Shown: piece after piece, positions 13,450-27,084 of the stretch
Numbering within the stretch: position 1 is the first letter of the stretch
How the letters are laid out: every line of letters starts with the position of its first letter
NCBI GenBank assembly: GCA_028023455.1
Contig: JAQFVV010000009.1
Location: forward strand, 2,418,001-2,482,000
DNA from: Epiperipatus broadwayi
Lineage: Eukaryota > Animalia > Onychophora
Length of the DNA: 64,000 nt
Reading direction: 5' to 3'
Translations under genes and position numbers: made by a program
Notes under the pieces: generated by a model
What the model saw: the letters and a program-made list of their open reading frames with translations, nothing else
Told to the model about the DNA's origin: nothing
Databases searched by the model: none

Positions 13450-14640
13450 GTGTTTTTACATTTCGTAAGAAGGATGAACCAAAAGCCGCAGCATGTCGCC
13501 GAGTGGTTGAAAAACAAGTTCAAGAAATGTCGGAGAGAATTTAACATTGCGTCTCGCTTGGTAATTTTATTACACAATATTTAAGTTGGTGCAATCAATC
13601 GTATGAGATCAAATTATGTTTAAAATACTTAAATGTGCTCTGACAGAAAACTCCGTTTCTGTTGGTCTCATGCTCTTTGTATGTACTACATTTACTAATT
13701 CTTTTAGAGAGGTCTTGCAAGCGTCAGTAATATGATTTAGTCTAGCTACTGAATTTTAAAATTTCATTTATTCTCTTTGTTAAGTAAACTCGTCAGCGAA
13801 ACAAATGTGATCAAATGCGCTACATGATGGAGAGCTTTTAATCATAACATCCTAATCAAGCAGTAAAGGGTAGGCAGCGAACCAAGCCCGTTAAGTTAAA
13901 CTGGGTAAACGGGATATACCAGATTTGCTTGCCGCAGTAGTTTAGAAAGAACGGTTGGATTGGATGCTTTAAACGCCGTTCAATTAACGCTTGTGAAAGC
14001 TAATTCAGTTTGGGCCTAATAATTTAATGAAAGACTGATAATGGCTGGTCTTTGGGAACCACTTAACTTGAATGAACAAGTAGCAAACTTATTGATTAGA
14101 TTGCTTCGCTGATGAAAAGAGTCGTTTTGTCTCGCATTTTCTAAGGCTCTCCACCTCAGCTAGCATGAAAAGGATCACTCCCTTGCGACGAGCTCCTGTT
14201 TTAATCCACAATATTTGCTAAATGAAGACTAATTGAATTCGTGACAGTGTGTTTAATGTATGCCCAGCTTTTTTGATTGATTCTGTTAATATCATTAGGT
14301 ACAAAGTTTATTACATAGAATTTTGGATCAATGCCCATTAATAAAATTATAGTTTTATACCTAGGGCGTAATAAGGAGGAAGATACATAAAAATTTGCAT
14401 AATTCTAGATTAAAACTTGCCCAATTTATTCATTAAGAAATTGCTATTTAACAATATCGAATCGCAATTAATAAGATTCTGTCTAATGCTATAATCCAAT
14501 AGTTTAGAAGAGGGTAAAAAAAAAACATATAAACACGCACGAAAGCCGAATTAATTCAATAAGAAGGGGAACGCTGGTAAGATGGCGTAGCAAGCGCTCT
14601 TACGTCTGATTGATTTATTAATTAAATTAAGATTTCTTTC
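13450..14640. promoter_or_regulatory. CpG-retaining non-coding island; candidate enhancer or alternative promoter
   Basis: Dozens of CpGs in ~1.2 kb against a CpG-poor background, no recognisable transposon motifs or ORF, directly upstream of the 58-bp exon. Confidence 0.45.
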
Positions 14641-14657
14641 TCTTTTTTTTCTGCCAG

Positions 14658-14715
14658 GTTTGGTTTCAAAATAGACGGGCAAAGTGTCGCAAACATGAAA
14701 GTCAGATTCAAAAAG
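14658..14715 (+). CDS. Shox: Shox 58-bp exon (recognition helix)
   Basis: Acceptor tcttttttttctgccAG, donor G|GTATGT. Encodes VWFQNRRAKCRKHESQIQK(G), in frame with the previous exon; same length (58 bp) and phases as human SHOX exon 4. Confidence 0.96.
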
Positions 14716-17700
14716 GTATGTCTCTTGTTTAATTTAAAAATATAATTCGCAACTTAAATTATGTATTCTGTAATAGAGTGTGCAAGCAATAAATATATAA
14801 GTAAATAGAAAACTAATAAGATTACACGATAATAGAAAATAATTTGCTACTTACTGCCAGTAGAAAAATGAATCTGTTTTCAGACAGTGTATTATATATA
14901 TATACGGTAACATTTTCCTGTTTAAAAGCCGATTTGTGTTTTAATTTGGATTAGTAACCTTAATTTTATTATTGTGTAATTTTATTAATTTACTTTTAAA
15001 AGAGAATATATATGAGATGTTATGTATATAAATTTATTGGTTCAGTATTTTTCAGACAACATTTATTTCAAACAACAATTTTTCAATAAATACACCAATG
15101 ATCTTAATATACTTTTTTTTATTATGTCGACGACCGCGTGTTTGAAATAAATGTAGTGATGGAGATAATGTATGAGATATATGATATGCATATATCATAC
15201 CTCATATATCAGATGGCAAATAGAGGCAAAAAAATCCACTAAAGTCATGTTGAGCAAAGAAGATATGGATTTGAACTATTGGAAAAAATGATGATCTCAA
15301 AAATATAAATTATTCTGTCAACCTGAGATAAATTAATTCTGCTAATGTATATTTTAGCTTCTTTTTTTTAAATATTGTAATTTTAATTAATTTCCCATTA
15401 CTATCACTTGGTAAGATTAACATGTATTTATTAGTTATATTATTTTGTCATCTTCCACTCTATTCTAGAGCTATTTATATAAACATAAATAATCTATATA
15501 TGTTTAAGAATGATGCCAATCAGATCACCAAACCAGTTTCTGGTTATTAGCCTGTAAGTATTTAGAAGCGTATATAGAAGACTAGTGCAGATGTTAACTA
15601 TAAGAAAGTTATCATGTACTTTGTTTTGGTATAAATCAAATATGATATCATATCAACAACAGCAGTATTACCATTTACAAATAAATATTACCATTCCAAC
15701 TCCAAGAGTTAAAAAAAAAAACTATAGAAGGACAAAAAAGTATATTTAGAGATAAATTTTGTGGTAAATGTATAATCAATCTGTGAAGTAGACATATGTC
15801 CGCATATAGAATATACTGATCCATTATTTTGTTTATGTGATATTTTGTGATGCTGCCTTTTCCTCTGCAGCAAACTTTTTCCGAAGTCTTTCATATCATA
15901 TTTAATTATAGTTAGTTTTCTATCCTCAGCCATATCTTCCTAATGAAATTAAACAATATTGTATTTTTTTAATAATGTCACCGAGATAATCTTTATAACA
16001 TAAAACAGGGGGATCTGTCACTCATTAAAACCATGCTCAAGTTTACTATAAAATATTTTTTATGAAATCTTGTTTTATTCATTCATTTCATTTGTTCAAT
16101 CCACTGTAGATATAATTTTATAAAACACTATGGTACACTCTGTAGTATATCAAGAAAGTTGAAGAAAATATTAATTGATCATATAATCTTGACATCATAT
16201 TTTTAGAATTTTCTGTGCATTCTTAAATGGCATTTTTAAATGTCTTTATGATATGTTGATAGGGGATCCAAACTTTATTTTCATATAATACCTTAAAATA
16301 TTCTATGTTGATTTGTTAAAATATTTCATTTATGAACTTGGGCAGAAATTTTGAATAACTACTATTAAATTAATTCAAGTGATTATAATAATTTTCATAA
16401 ATTATATGAAATGAATTCATCTCTCTCCCAAATATTACACAAAACGTCTCTATCATACCACTTAATATTTTAAAATGGAAAATATCTTTGCACTATCATG
16501 AACACACATATTTGATTATTATTGATTATTCATTCTTAAACTAGAGATATTTATAATCCAAATATATTCTTTAATTTACATTTAATTAACAATGTGTGTG
16601 TAGTGTTATAGAGGGATTAACACTCGAATTTCCTTGCCCATGTAAATAGTTTTGATAATTTTCACCACACCATTCTTGCATAAGGCAGAGGTTGGATTTT
16701 ATCCCATTTCAATACCTTGTAAATATAACATTCTTTGCAATGTAACATATTTTCAAATTTTATTCTTATCTCAGAGTGCATCTTTCACCTTACATTAATC
16801 ATATCATATCCATCAACCTAATAGTCAGATCACCCCCTCACTCTGGATGCATTTTTGAAACACCCAGTTCATTTTTTTTCAAATGACTAAGAGATACATA
16901 ACACATATTGTAATTTTAATTTCATATACACTTTTCTCAGCATACTTTTAACTTCATATATATATAATTCAAATATATATATACTTCAAATTTCTATTCT
17001 TTTCATATTATGAAATATATATTAAAAAAAATATTCTATATTCATCTTTTATACAAAACATAAAATAAATATAATTACATTTATCCACAATACTATTGTG
17101 GCTACTAATACCTCAATTATTATGTAAGTAAGATATTTATTTCTTTAAGTTCATATAGTATATATAATAACTCTCTTTACTTAACATTGTGTATGAAATT
17201 GATCTTGATTCTCCAAGATAAAAATTCAGTATATCTTAGATGAATATTCTTTAATGACTGACCAAGTAAATAAATAATTCATAAGGCAATGACGAATAGG
17301 TATTTCTTTACAGATGTATATAAAAAAAATATTTGCTCATTTTCGTCAAATAAATTTTACTTTACACTAGGAGTAATATATATTTTACTCTCTCAATTTG
17401 AATATGGGAAAAAGTTGATATTTATAGTTGCATATTTTCTATTTATTTATGTTTATTTTAAAGTAAGCAAACAATATCGCAAGCTCATTGCCACTAAATG
17501 TTTATGGTCACATTTGATTATTTCTATTAAAGCTTACATTTAACAGCAAATAATCGATTTAAGCATGTTTTTCTCTCTCTAATACTTTTTTTAAATATTA
17601 TTTTTAAAATTGATTTTTTTTTCATTAATAATTAGTAAATAAATAGAGATACTATCCTCAAAATTATAGCAAATTCAACAGTTATATCTAGAAATAAACT

Positions 17701-20700
17701 AATAATGAAATAATATTACCATTTGATATTCTTTTTATAAAGTGCGCACTATTAAGATTTGTTAAGTCTATTTTCTTGCAGTCCAATCTCTTCTTTCTTA
17801 GGGATCAATGCTTCAAATAGCACTGTTTTACTGATTTAAGTAGTTACTGCATGGATTAATATCTGCTAATATTTTATTTTATGCATTGTCTCCACAATAG
17901 AATAATTAGCAAATCAATTATAAAATATGAGATACAAATTTCAAATTAATTGTTCATTCCTCCAGTCCCTTGGAAATCTGTCTGAGAGAAAAGCAAATTT
18001 TTTCCCCCTTTTTTTTTTAGCTCTTCAGAAATCCATTTTGTCTATAAATTTCTGATTTAAAATATATTTATTAGTAAAAGAAAAAAAAACTTTGTTACTT
18101 TCTTAATGCAAACTTTACATTATTCTATCAGCATATATTACCTAGTATTCTCATCATGCAGCATTCTTTTGGATAAAACTGATTATTGTAAATAAATAAA
18201 ATTTTATACATTAATTTTTTTTAAATAACAATAAGAAAGATTTTTTTATATATTAGTAAGATTTATCATTATTCCTATTTTTTTATTATAAAAAAAACAA
18301 ATATATTAGGTAAGGATGTGTGTTTACATTCATTCCACACCTACATGTATACTACTACTCTTCCCATGACCAGATTTTCCATCCATAGTTAAGATAAAAG
18401 TTGTGCAACTACTATTTACTTATATCTATAACAAAATTTTATGAATTAATTCTCTAAAGAAAAACTAATTGAATAGCTTAATGTCTATTTTGTTTTCTTT
18501 TATTTTATTATCATTATTATTATTCTATCGTTTGATCCACCATTTAATTAAAACTTAGATGAGATAGTATTTTTTTACCCTCACTATATAATAGCACATC
18601 CGTTAAAGAAAGTGTATCCAGATACACAGACTACAGATCCAGTCACTCGTTATTGAAACATTAGTTAAGAATTCCATAAATCAATACCGTGATCTAAACA
18701 CTATGGCAAATGACCCCAATCATATGACTACAGTAAGCTCATAACAAGATAAACAATCATAGAATTCATCATATCAAACAGATTTTATAAATTCTCTGCA
18801 ATCAATAATAATAATTTAATTACAAGAAGATGAGACAAATAACATTAGGAAAAAAGAGAATACCATCTTGAGTGGTTGATAATGAGGATATAATGCAGAT
18901 TTCCCCAGGATTAGATTACACACAGTTGCCTTGAATGAAATTTATCCTCACACTTGGCTACTAACTATAAACTCATTTATTTTCTTAATAAATGAAATCA
19001 AAAACATTTAATACTATGAATACTTAAATGTATAGCTTAATAATCTAGTGGTATTAAATTCCATTTACAAAATTATTTAATTCTAAAGCATATAAATGAT
19101 AATTGTTATTTTTGCTCAAAAATCAGCAAATAAGATTGCATAAATAATGATCGTAAGTTCTCCAATCTATCTATCCTGAATGTGCTCAGTCAGTAAGCAA
19201 TATCAGCTTTAATATAGGATGAGGTACAATTACGATGTAAGATTAAATGTTTGGATCATGAAATTCAGAAAGTATCTTTATAATACAAACACATAATAAT
19301 AAGAGATACAAGGGACAAACTATTTTCAAATATAAAATATTTTAATGGACAGTTAATTAAATTGATTAAGAATAAATAAATAATATATAGGTGGTGAAAA
19401 TAATTCCACAAATGTAATTTCCAAGAATGGTGCTTAGGTAACATTTAGGTTTTAATTAACAGAAACTAGTGCCAATAATAATTATAATCTGGTAAAAAAT
19501 GTTATTCATTTTGGCATGAATAAATAAAATAAACTAGTTTGTACATATATAAATTATTAGTCTAAAGAAATATTATGCTAATAATGGAATATATGTATGC
19601 ATATGTATTCAACATTCATCTTAAGTACTTAATTTTTCTCCTTTTAAAGAAAATTCAAATAATAATAAAAATATCAATAATAATACTTTTCCTTTCCTTC
19701 TTATTTAAAAACAATGTTACAGCTTTTGGAAAACTTCTTTAATTAATTAAGTAATCTTAAAAATGTCCATTCAAATTAAAGATTTTTAAATGTAGGCAAT
19801 GATCATTGTAAAACCCATTTAAGTAAAATTATTGCCATCTTATTTTTGTAATTTAAGCTGTAATGTTTACTTTTACAAATTTCTTTTTAAACTCCATATT
19901 TATTCCTAGTGTACTTCAATATATGCTTTCATTAAATATTAGCACTTTTATTTTAATGAAGATTGGAATATAGCTGGTTTGAACATTTTATTTCTAGCAT
20001 GAGGGATTTTTCCTTTTTAAAATAAATCCATCAACACAGTAAGTAAATTTTATTAGCATTCTTGTTTTCCTTTAAATGATTTATAGTGAAATTCATTGTC
20101 CAATCATGCACATGTCTGATGTTTATATAATCTTTTTTTTTTGTAAGTTTGCTTTTGCAAGCAATACCAACCCTACATATGACAATTTTTATAGGTATAT
20201 CCTTTTTAAGAACAAAACTAATATGCTCCTTTTTCTTAAGCATAAATTTTATTCTGGGTCCTTTTCTAAATTAACAATGTACTTTCAATATAGCTAGTAT
20301 TATTAATAAAATAGTTTAATTTGGCAAGATTCAAAAATAGCAACAATTTTTGAAGTAAAATTTAAAGTTTACAGAAAATTTCTGACAATTTTTCTTCACC
20401 AACATGTATCGTCTTTCTAAAAAAAATTCTCATATTATCCAATCATAATCATTGATTCTTCATCTAATTATGTTTGCAAGATTTGAAGCTTGATTTTTTT
20501 ATAGTCAGTTTTAAGGGAAGGTAAAATAATAAATGTTTGATAATAAAAAAAACTGAAACATTTTCTTTGAATAAGTGATTATTTCAAGATTATTGAATTA
20601 AGATAAAATTAACATCATTTCTTCTTTTCATATTAAGAAATTGTTGGAGATTTAAATAATAAAATTAAATATTTATTTGAATGCACAAATATAACTCTAC

Positions 20701-20848
20701 TTACCAAACATATATATAGAAAAGATCATTCATACAGTTTAGATAACCAAAAATCAAAAGATGTGAGCTTTAGATTAGTAAATTAAAGAAAACAATTATT
20801 AGTTTTTACTTAATTAATAATTATTTAGTCAATTTGAAGGGCATGTAT

Positions 20849-23800
20849 TGTAACAGTCAAGTTTGTACATTCGCGTAACAGAATACAGAATCCAAGCAAA
20901 AGAGACCGAAGCTGACCAGACTAGGACTGTGACATCCCAAGTCCGACCACACTTCAACTCGTAAGCCAGGATTCCAAGACTCAAGACCCTACGAATGACC
21001 ACCTTGAAATTACACATAGTATACCTCTTTCCACACGGCCGACATAGGTCACGGAGAAGCAATAAGACTCTGATAATTAAAAGAGAGGTTCTTAATTGAC
21101 TAAAATATATCACTAATCTAATTTAACTTAATGCATAGTTTTCACATATATAGACTATAAATAGTAATTAGAATTGGATTGAGTTAGATCAATAACGAGA
21201 CAGAGAATAAAATACATTAAATTAATTATATATTTATTTACAATTGGCATGAAATTGATAAGTTTTACACATTTCAGCGTCGAATGTACACAAACATTGG
21301 GTGGATAAGAGAACACACTCTCTTTTTATATACAATTCAAAATAGCTTTATATAAATAATTTCATTTAATTTTCATACATGGGTTTAACATATGCCCATA
21401 TTATGAGTTGCTTTACAATTAATACATAATCAAATCACTACGTTATGTCTATAAATCTATTTAAGCCAAATCCTATTATATTGGTGGCTGTTATATAAAT
21501 AATTATATTGAACTTTGATCATGAATTCCTTTACTAAAATATACAATATATATGACTTAATAACGAGTGCATAAACCAGCTCAAGTAATGATCGATCGAA
21601 CATGGCTTTCGAGAGAAAATTTCAGAATGCTGAAAGCGTTATGTTAAGGTGGGAGAGTTGGCTGAAATAAGATTTTACCAATGCGCTATGGCACAGGTAA
21701 ACAATAATAGGAAAAGTCGCTCTGCGGATGGATGAAATAACTTCAGGGTTCTTGCGACAAATGCCGGTATCCTGTAACCGATCGCAATGCTGTGTGAAAG
21801 GAACATTGTGTTCAGGAATGGCGGGGGACTTATGTGCTAACCTGGCCTTGGCTCAGGCTTCGCTACTGCTCTACCCTATAAGAGAAGATGTGCTGGCAAC
21901 ACCGTGGCTCCATCTTGATATACGTATATTACGTATAGCAGCAAAACGAGAATAATTTTATAAAATACTATATCACATCCGCCAAGCAAAGAATAGTATA
22001 TTTCATACTATGAAATACGAGTTAATAGCATATTAGCTCTATCAAATTGGGACCAACTCTTGTGTAGCCTGATAATAAACGTCTATGCTATGAAAGGGAA
22101 TATTACTACATCTGTACTTTGACATGCTCGATCTATTAAGTTACTTATAGATAATAAATATTTAAGGAGGGAAAGTATATTTCTATGGACTTAAGAATTT
22201 AAATGTCAAATATACTTATAAATACGATCAAGGCTAAATTTAATTCTAAATAAAACTATAAGGTTAAGTTTTTAACTGGTTGATCAAAAGAGCCACATTT
22301 CACATATTAAATCATTTAAATAATAAAAACAATAGGATTTCGAAACAGCGCAGAAAGTTGATGCTATAAACAAATTACACGAAGATTTTCAAATAATATC
22401 TTCTTAAAAAGATGAAATTAAGTGCCCACTGTTTCGAAATATTGGCATATAAATTATAAAAGCATTTAATTAAAATAAGCAAAGAAATATAGACACAACC
22501 GCAGTGATATAACTTTAAATTAGACACTTATAATGTACTTTAAATGAAAGGAAAATATAAATTAGTCAGATTATTTAAACTTTAACACATTAAATTTTGA
22601 TAGCAATTGACATATTTAAAATATTAATTAAATGGATTTAAGTTTTGGGTACATATTAGTTTTATAATTATTTTAAAAAGAGAGTTAGCTAACTTATATA
22701 GATATATTTACATAAAGAATTACACAGAGCTCTGCGGTTTGAAAAATAAAACGGTACCGGTATTATTTATCTGGACTGCAAGTTCTTGCTGTAGGTTTGG
22801 TGAGTTTTACTGGGCGGCTGATGGCATCATCTTTCCCATTCTGTTAGGCTTATCTCTGCTAGCGGCATGATGGTGGTTTAGGCATTTCGACGAGAGAAAT
22901 CCCGTTCTCCCATGGAGTAACAGCAACAAGATGCCCGCTTTTAGCCGGACATGTTAAACATTAACAATTGTGAAGACTGGCTGCAATTCTCACTAACAAT
23001 ATGGCTGTCTCTCCCTTGTTAAAAATACAGAGTATTTATATCTTTTCCTTATCGGAATCTATCGCCTCAAGACTCACTAAACTCAGGAATTTAATTAAAT
23101 ATTTTCAAATTTACAATCCAGATTTTTAAAATCTTAGATAACTTATGTTAGAAAAATTCCATAAGCTATTATTAAGATTTTTCGTTGCAAACAATTGTCC
23201 AATTTAGATTTTAAAATAACTTAATCTTATCTAAGGAGATTTTAATTAGGAAATTTTGAACTAGTTTTACTTTTCACGGATTCCAGGTGTGGTCGTTAAT
23301 GACACTTGTTTACAATCAAAAATCTTTTTAATTACTTGACCAGCTTTTTATTTTTATCTTACATTTAATAGAAACTCTTCTTATTTAAAAACAACCTTTT
23401 AACATTTTTTTAAAATGCAAACCTTTTTACATATTTATTTAAAATAATTTACAAACATATTTTGATATAGCTTTTAAATATATTTTTGAGAAACTTTTTC
23501 CCTGAAATATATTTAAAACAAGAAATCTTTTAACAATTTTTAAAGACATTTAATATTATTTTTAGATAATGGCTTTTACATATTTTAAAATCATGTCTTT
23601 CTTCTATATAGCACAGATTATATATCCACATACGAAATTACAATATTAACAAACAAAATTAATAATTTACTCTTAACTTAAATAATATAACGAACATTTT
23701 TAGAATTATTAAATCAATTTAGTACGCTATAATTTTACTAATCCTATCTAATTATAGCATTGGTTCGCACACAAATATATAATACTGTTTATACAGACAT

Positions 23801-23909
23801 GAGCTAATTTTAAATTTATTAACATTTAAATAGGTTAGAACTTAGCACAGATGAGTGTGTCATTAGGTTTGATGGTGAAATGATAGGGGCTTAGAAAGTT
23901 ATCGTTTCA
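20849..23909 (-). mobile_element. 3061-bp TG...CA element with 4-bp TSD; putative giant solo LTR (copy E1)
   Basis: Starts TGTAACAGTC, ends ...ATCGTTTCA, flanked by GTAT (20845-20848, 23910-23913); colinear patchy homology with 38386-41245; no long ORF. Orientation inferred from conserved minus-strand TATA-like and AATAAA motifs. Confidence 0.65.
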
Positions 23910-23917
23910 GTATATTA

Positions 23918-24051
23918 TAGATAGATAGATAGATAGACAGACAGACGGACGGACGATGGATAGATGGATATAGATAGATAGATAGATAGATAGAGAGATA
24001 GATAGATAGATAGAGATAGATAGATAGAGAGATAGATAGATAGAGATAGAT

Positions 24052-24138
<87 letters not shown>

Positions 24139-24154
24139 GATAGATAGATAGATA
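23918..24154. repeat. (GATA)n microsatellite with GACA/GACG/GAGA variants
   Basis: Directly visible; source of the spurious low-complexity ORFs 23907-24191 and 23915-24163. Confidence 0.98.
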
Positions 24155-24227
24155 TGTATTCATATATTTTCAGATTGTAAAGACTATACATAAATAATCA
24201 AACAATTTACTTTTTAATTATTACTTA

Positions 24228-24964
24228 TGAGAGGGGACCCAAAAATAAACAGAATTTTATAATAAAAAATTCTTTACTTATTTTTAAGTTATAAATTTAA
24301 TTCCTTTCAAATTACTATCCATTTCATGCAATACATTGGTTGAAACATGTTTATCATTTTTTTAAAATAGTCCAGAAATACTTGCAAAGTGATACCTTTT
24401 AGTGACTGCATCATTTCCCACCACTTCTACATCTGCAAAAAAAAAAAATTGACACATTTTTTCAAGAGATTTAAAAAAATTGCATGGAGCAAGGTCAAGA
24501 GAATGTGGCTGATAGATAAGCTGGCTCGTGCTGAATTTAATTAAAAAGTGTTTCACATTCAAGGCTTTGAGAAATAATATTTGGTTGGGGTGGAGTTGAA
24601 CTCCTTTCTTTGCCCCAAAATGGGATGTTTACATTTTACTGGAACATGTTTTCAGAACTTGCAGATAAAATGCCTGACCATTACAAACTAAATCTGAGAG
24701 AAAAATGTTGTTTGCATCAAAAATAAATAAATCAGCATTAATTTTTCAAACTATTCAGCCATTATAAAAAAAAATTAACAAATATGTGAAATGTACTTTA
24801 CAAAAAAATGTTCTACATGGTCCTACGATTTCACACAGTGATGTCATTTGTCAGATTGAAACAGAAGGATTTCTGAAAAAAGTATGTAATAGCAGAAGTA
24901 TATGCTAAAACAGGCACACAAACCAGAGAACTATTCCAGTTATTTTTAGGTTTCCCCTTTTACA
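24228..24964 (-). mobile_element. mariner (Tc1/mariner) internal-deletion derivative
   Basis: Imperfect TIRs TGAGAGGGGACCCAAAAATAAACAGAAT / ATTCCAGTTATTTTTAGGTTTCCCCTTTTACA, TA on both sides; minus ORF 24362-24562 contains YQPHSLDLAPCNFF (mariner YSPDLAP.D motif). Confidence 0.85.
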
Positions 24965-27084
24965 TATAATAATTCAGAAAATAGACACAGGTTTTTACAA
25001 GGAATTGAGGATTTATTATTTAACATATTTATTATCAACCCAGTGCAAAAATAAGGTCACTTCAAGTGTATTCCAGTTTCTCCAATTCAGAATTTCAGAA
25101 TATTAAATTATTTCAGTAAATTTGTAATCTCAGTCATATATTTCAGCTATGATTTTTTTTTTTTACTGTTTTTTTTTTTTGCCAACATTTTGTATTCCAG
25201 ATTATATCTTCAATTGTCTGTTTATTATTTATTCTGGAAACAAACTCGTTTCAGCTTCTTAACTTTTTTTTTTCAATATTATTGACAATCATTTATACTT
25301 ACTTCCACATATTTCTCTTTTAATCCATGCTTATTAATCCTAAAGTACATCTCTCCAAACTTCTTTGTATGATTCATAGTTTTTGGGTTTCAGATTCATA
25401 AGAAAGTATTGATAGAACACATTTATTAAAACTCTTTATCAATCAAGGAAACATTTTTTCAAACATTAAATTACTTCCTCAAAGTTTGGCAAGAGTGAAT
25501 TTTTTTGATGCCCTATGCAAGCCAAATTTGTGATGCCACTTTTCCTTCCTCTCCAAACAAGTAGTAAATTATTCATTTCCAAACAGGAGTAAATCTTTGC
25601 CCCACTGATAAATTTATAATAAATTCAAAATAACTGAACTAAATTGGTATCAATATAATATGGCGGTTTTGCGATCTCCTCTTCATTCATTTGCAGTCTT
25701 TTATGATTCCATTTGTATTAATTTAATAAAATACTTATAATTGTTAACTTTTCGTGATTAATTATGTTTCCTAGCAGTGAATTATCATAATAGTATGTTA
25801 TTTAACATTATCTTGCAATTAAAACATTAGCACACACCCCCAGTAATTTAAAACAAGGCACTAAAAATAATAAAATTAAAAATAAATTTTAACTTCAATT
25901 AAGTATTTACAGATAGAACACTATTAATCAGAATACCTATAATTCAATTAAAGATCATTTTTAAAATTTTGTTTAATATTAAAACAATATTTTAAAGGTG
26001 ATCTTCAACCTTTCATAATAAATATATTAGTTTATACATATATTTATAAAATTAAATAAAAAAAACATTCAATAAATATTTATCTATAAATCAAATTATA
26101 AGCTGCCCTGATTTATTGTTTTATCTTAGTAGAGATTGAATTTATAATGAACAGATAAAATATCTATTTTTTAAAATCAAAACAATTAGCATTCAAAAAA
26201 AAAAAAAACCATTGAAACCAGGGATTTTGGATTAATAGTGTTTTCATTGTATTCCCTTTCTTTGTTTTCTGTGAAATTATAAAACATTATTTTAGGCTAA
26301 TCAATATTTATCTTTAGCCTTATTTTTAGTCATAATTTTCAAAATATTTCTGATAGTAATGATGCATTACTTACTAAAAGTCATTGCATCATTTATAAAA
26401 TCTAAATGACTGCCAATTGTTTTTATTTTAATTCTAAATTATAATCTATAAAATCAGAATCAGTATGATAGGTGAAGCAAAAAGACCACTGTTTCAAGTG
26501 ACAAAATAGGACAAAAAATAATTTGAATTCAATTAGTAGCAGAAAAATATCCAAATAAAATAAAATATTTGGGGGCCTTTTTAATGGAAATATTCCTTTC
26601 TCCTTTTTTAATCAAAAATTGTTCAATTCTTTAAACAAATTTAAATTTAATCTTAGAATTTTTCTGAATATTTTTTTAATACACAAATATATATATTGAC
26701 AGAAATATAAAAGTTCTGAGAATTTGTTATCTTAATTATGAGATAAATTACAGTATTTTTCAAATAATCCCAATATACTGAAATTCTCAAGTAATATAAT
26801 AAAGTTCATGGTTGTTGTAATGATAAGTGCTTAAACTTCTCTTTGATGATTTGTAATATTTGTTGAGCATATTGAAATGCAGGAATAGAGAAGCTGCTAA
26901 GAATAATAATACAATGCCTGAGCACTTTCAAGAACTTATTGTATTCTAATAATTATAGAAAGATCAAAATATGAAAAAAGATGGAGGGATATATAAATAT
27001 ATATCTGATTGATGATATTCAAATTTATGTAAATTAGAACATCCATTTTTTTGGAGAGGGGGAAGCATAATTCTTTATGATTTA

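Noticed and set aside
14109-14140. CTGATGA followed by a short hairpin
   Set aside because: No GAAA or cleavage triplet after the stem.
20849-21242. A 394-bp 5' LTR ending TTTACA with a TGGCA primer site, on the + strand
   Set aside because: No second copy or gag-pol follows, and homology with E2 continues to a common TTCA end with matching TSDs, so the unit is the full ~3 kb.
23907-24191. Two ORFs rich in S/I/Y/L
   Set aside because: Translation artefacts of the (GATA)n microsatellite.
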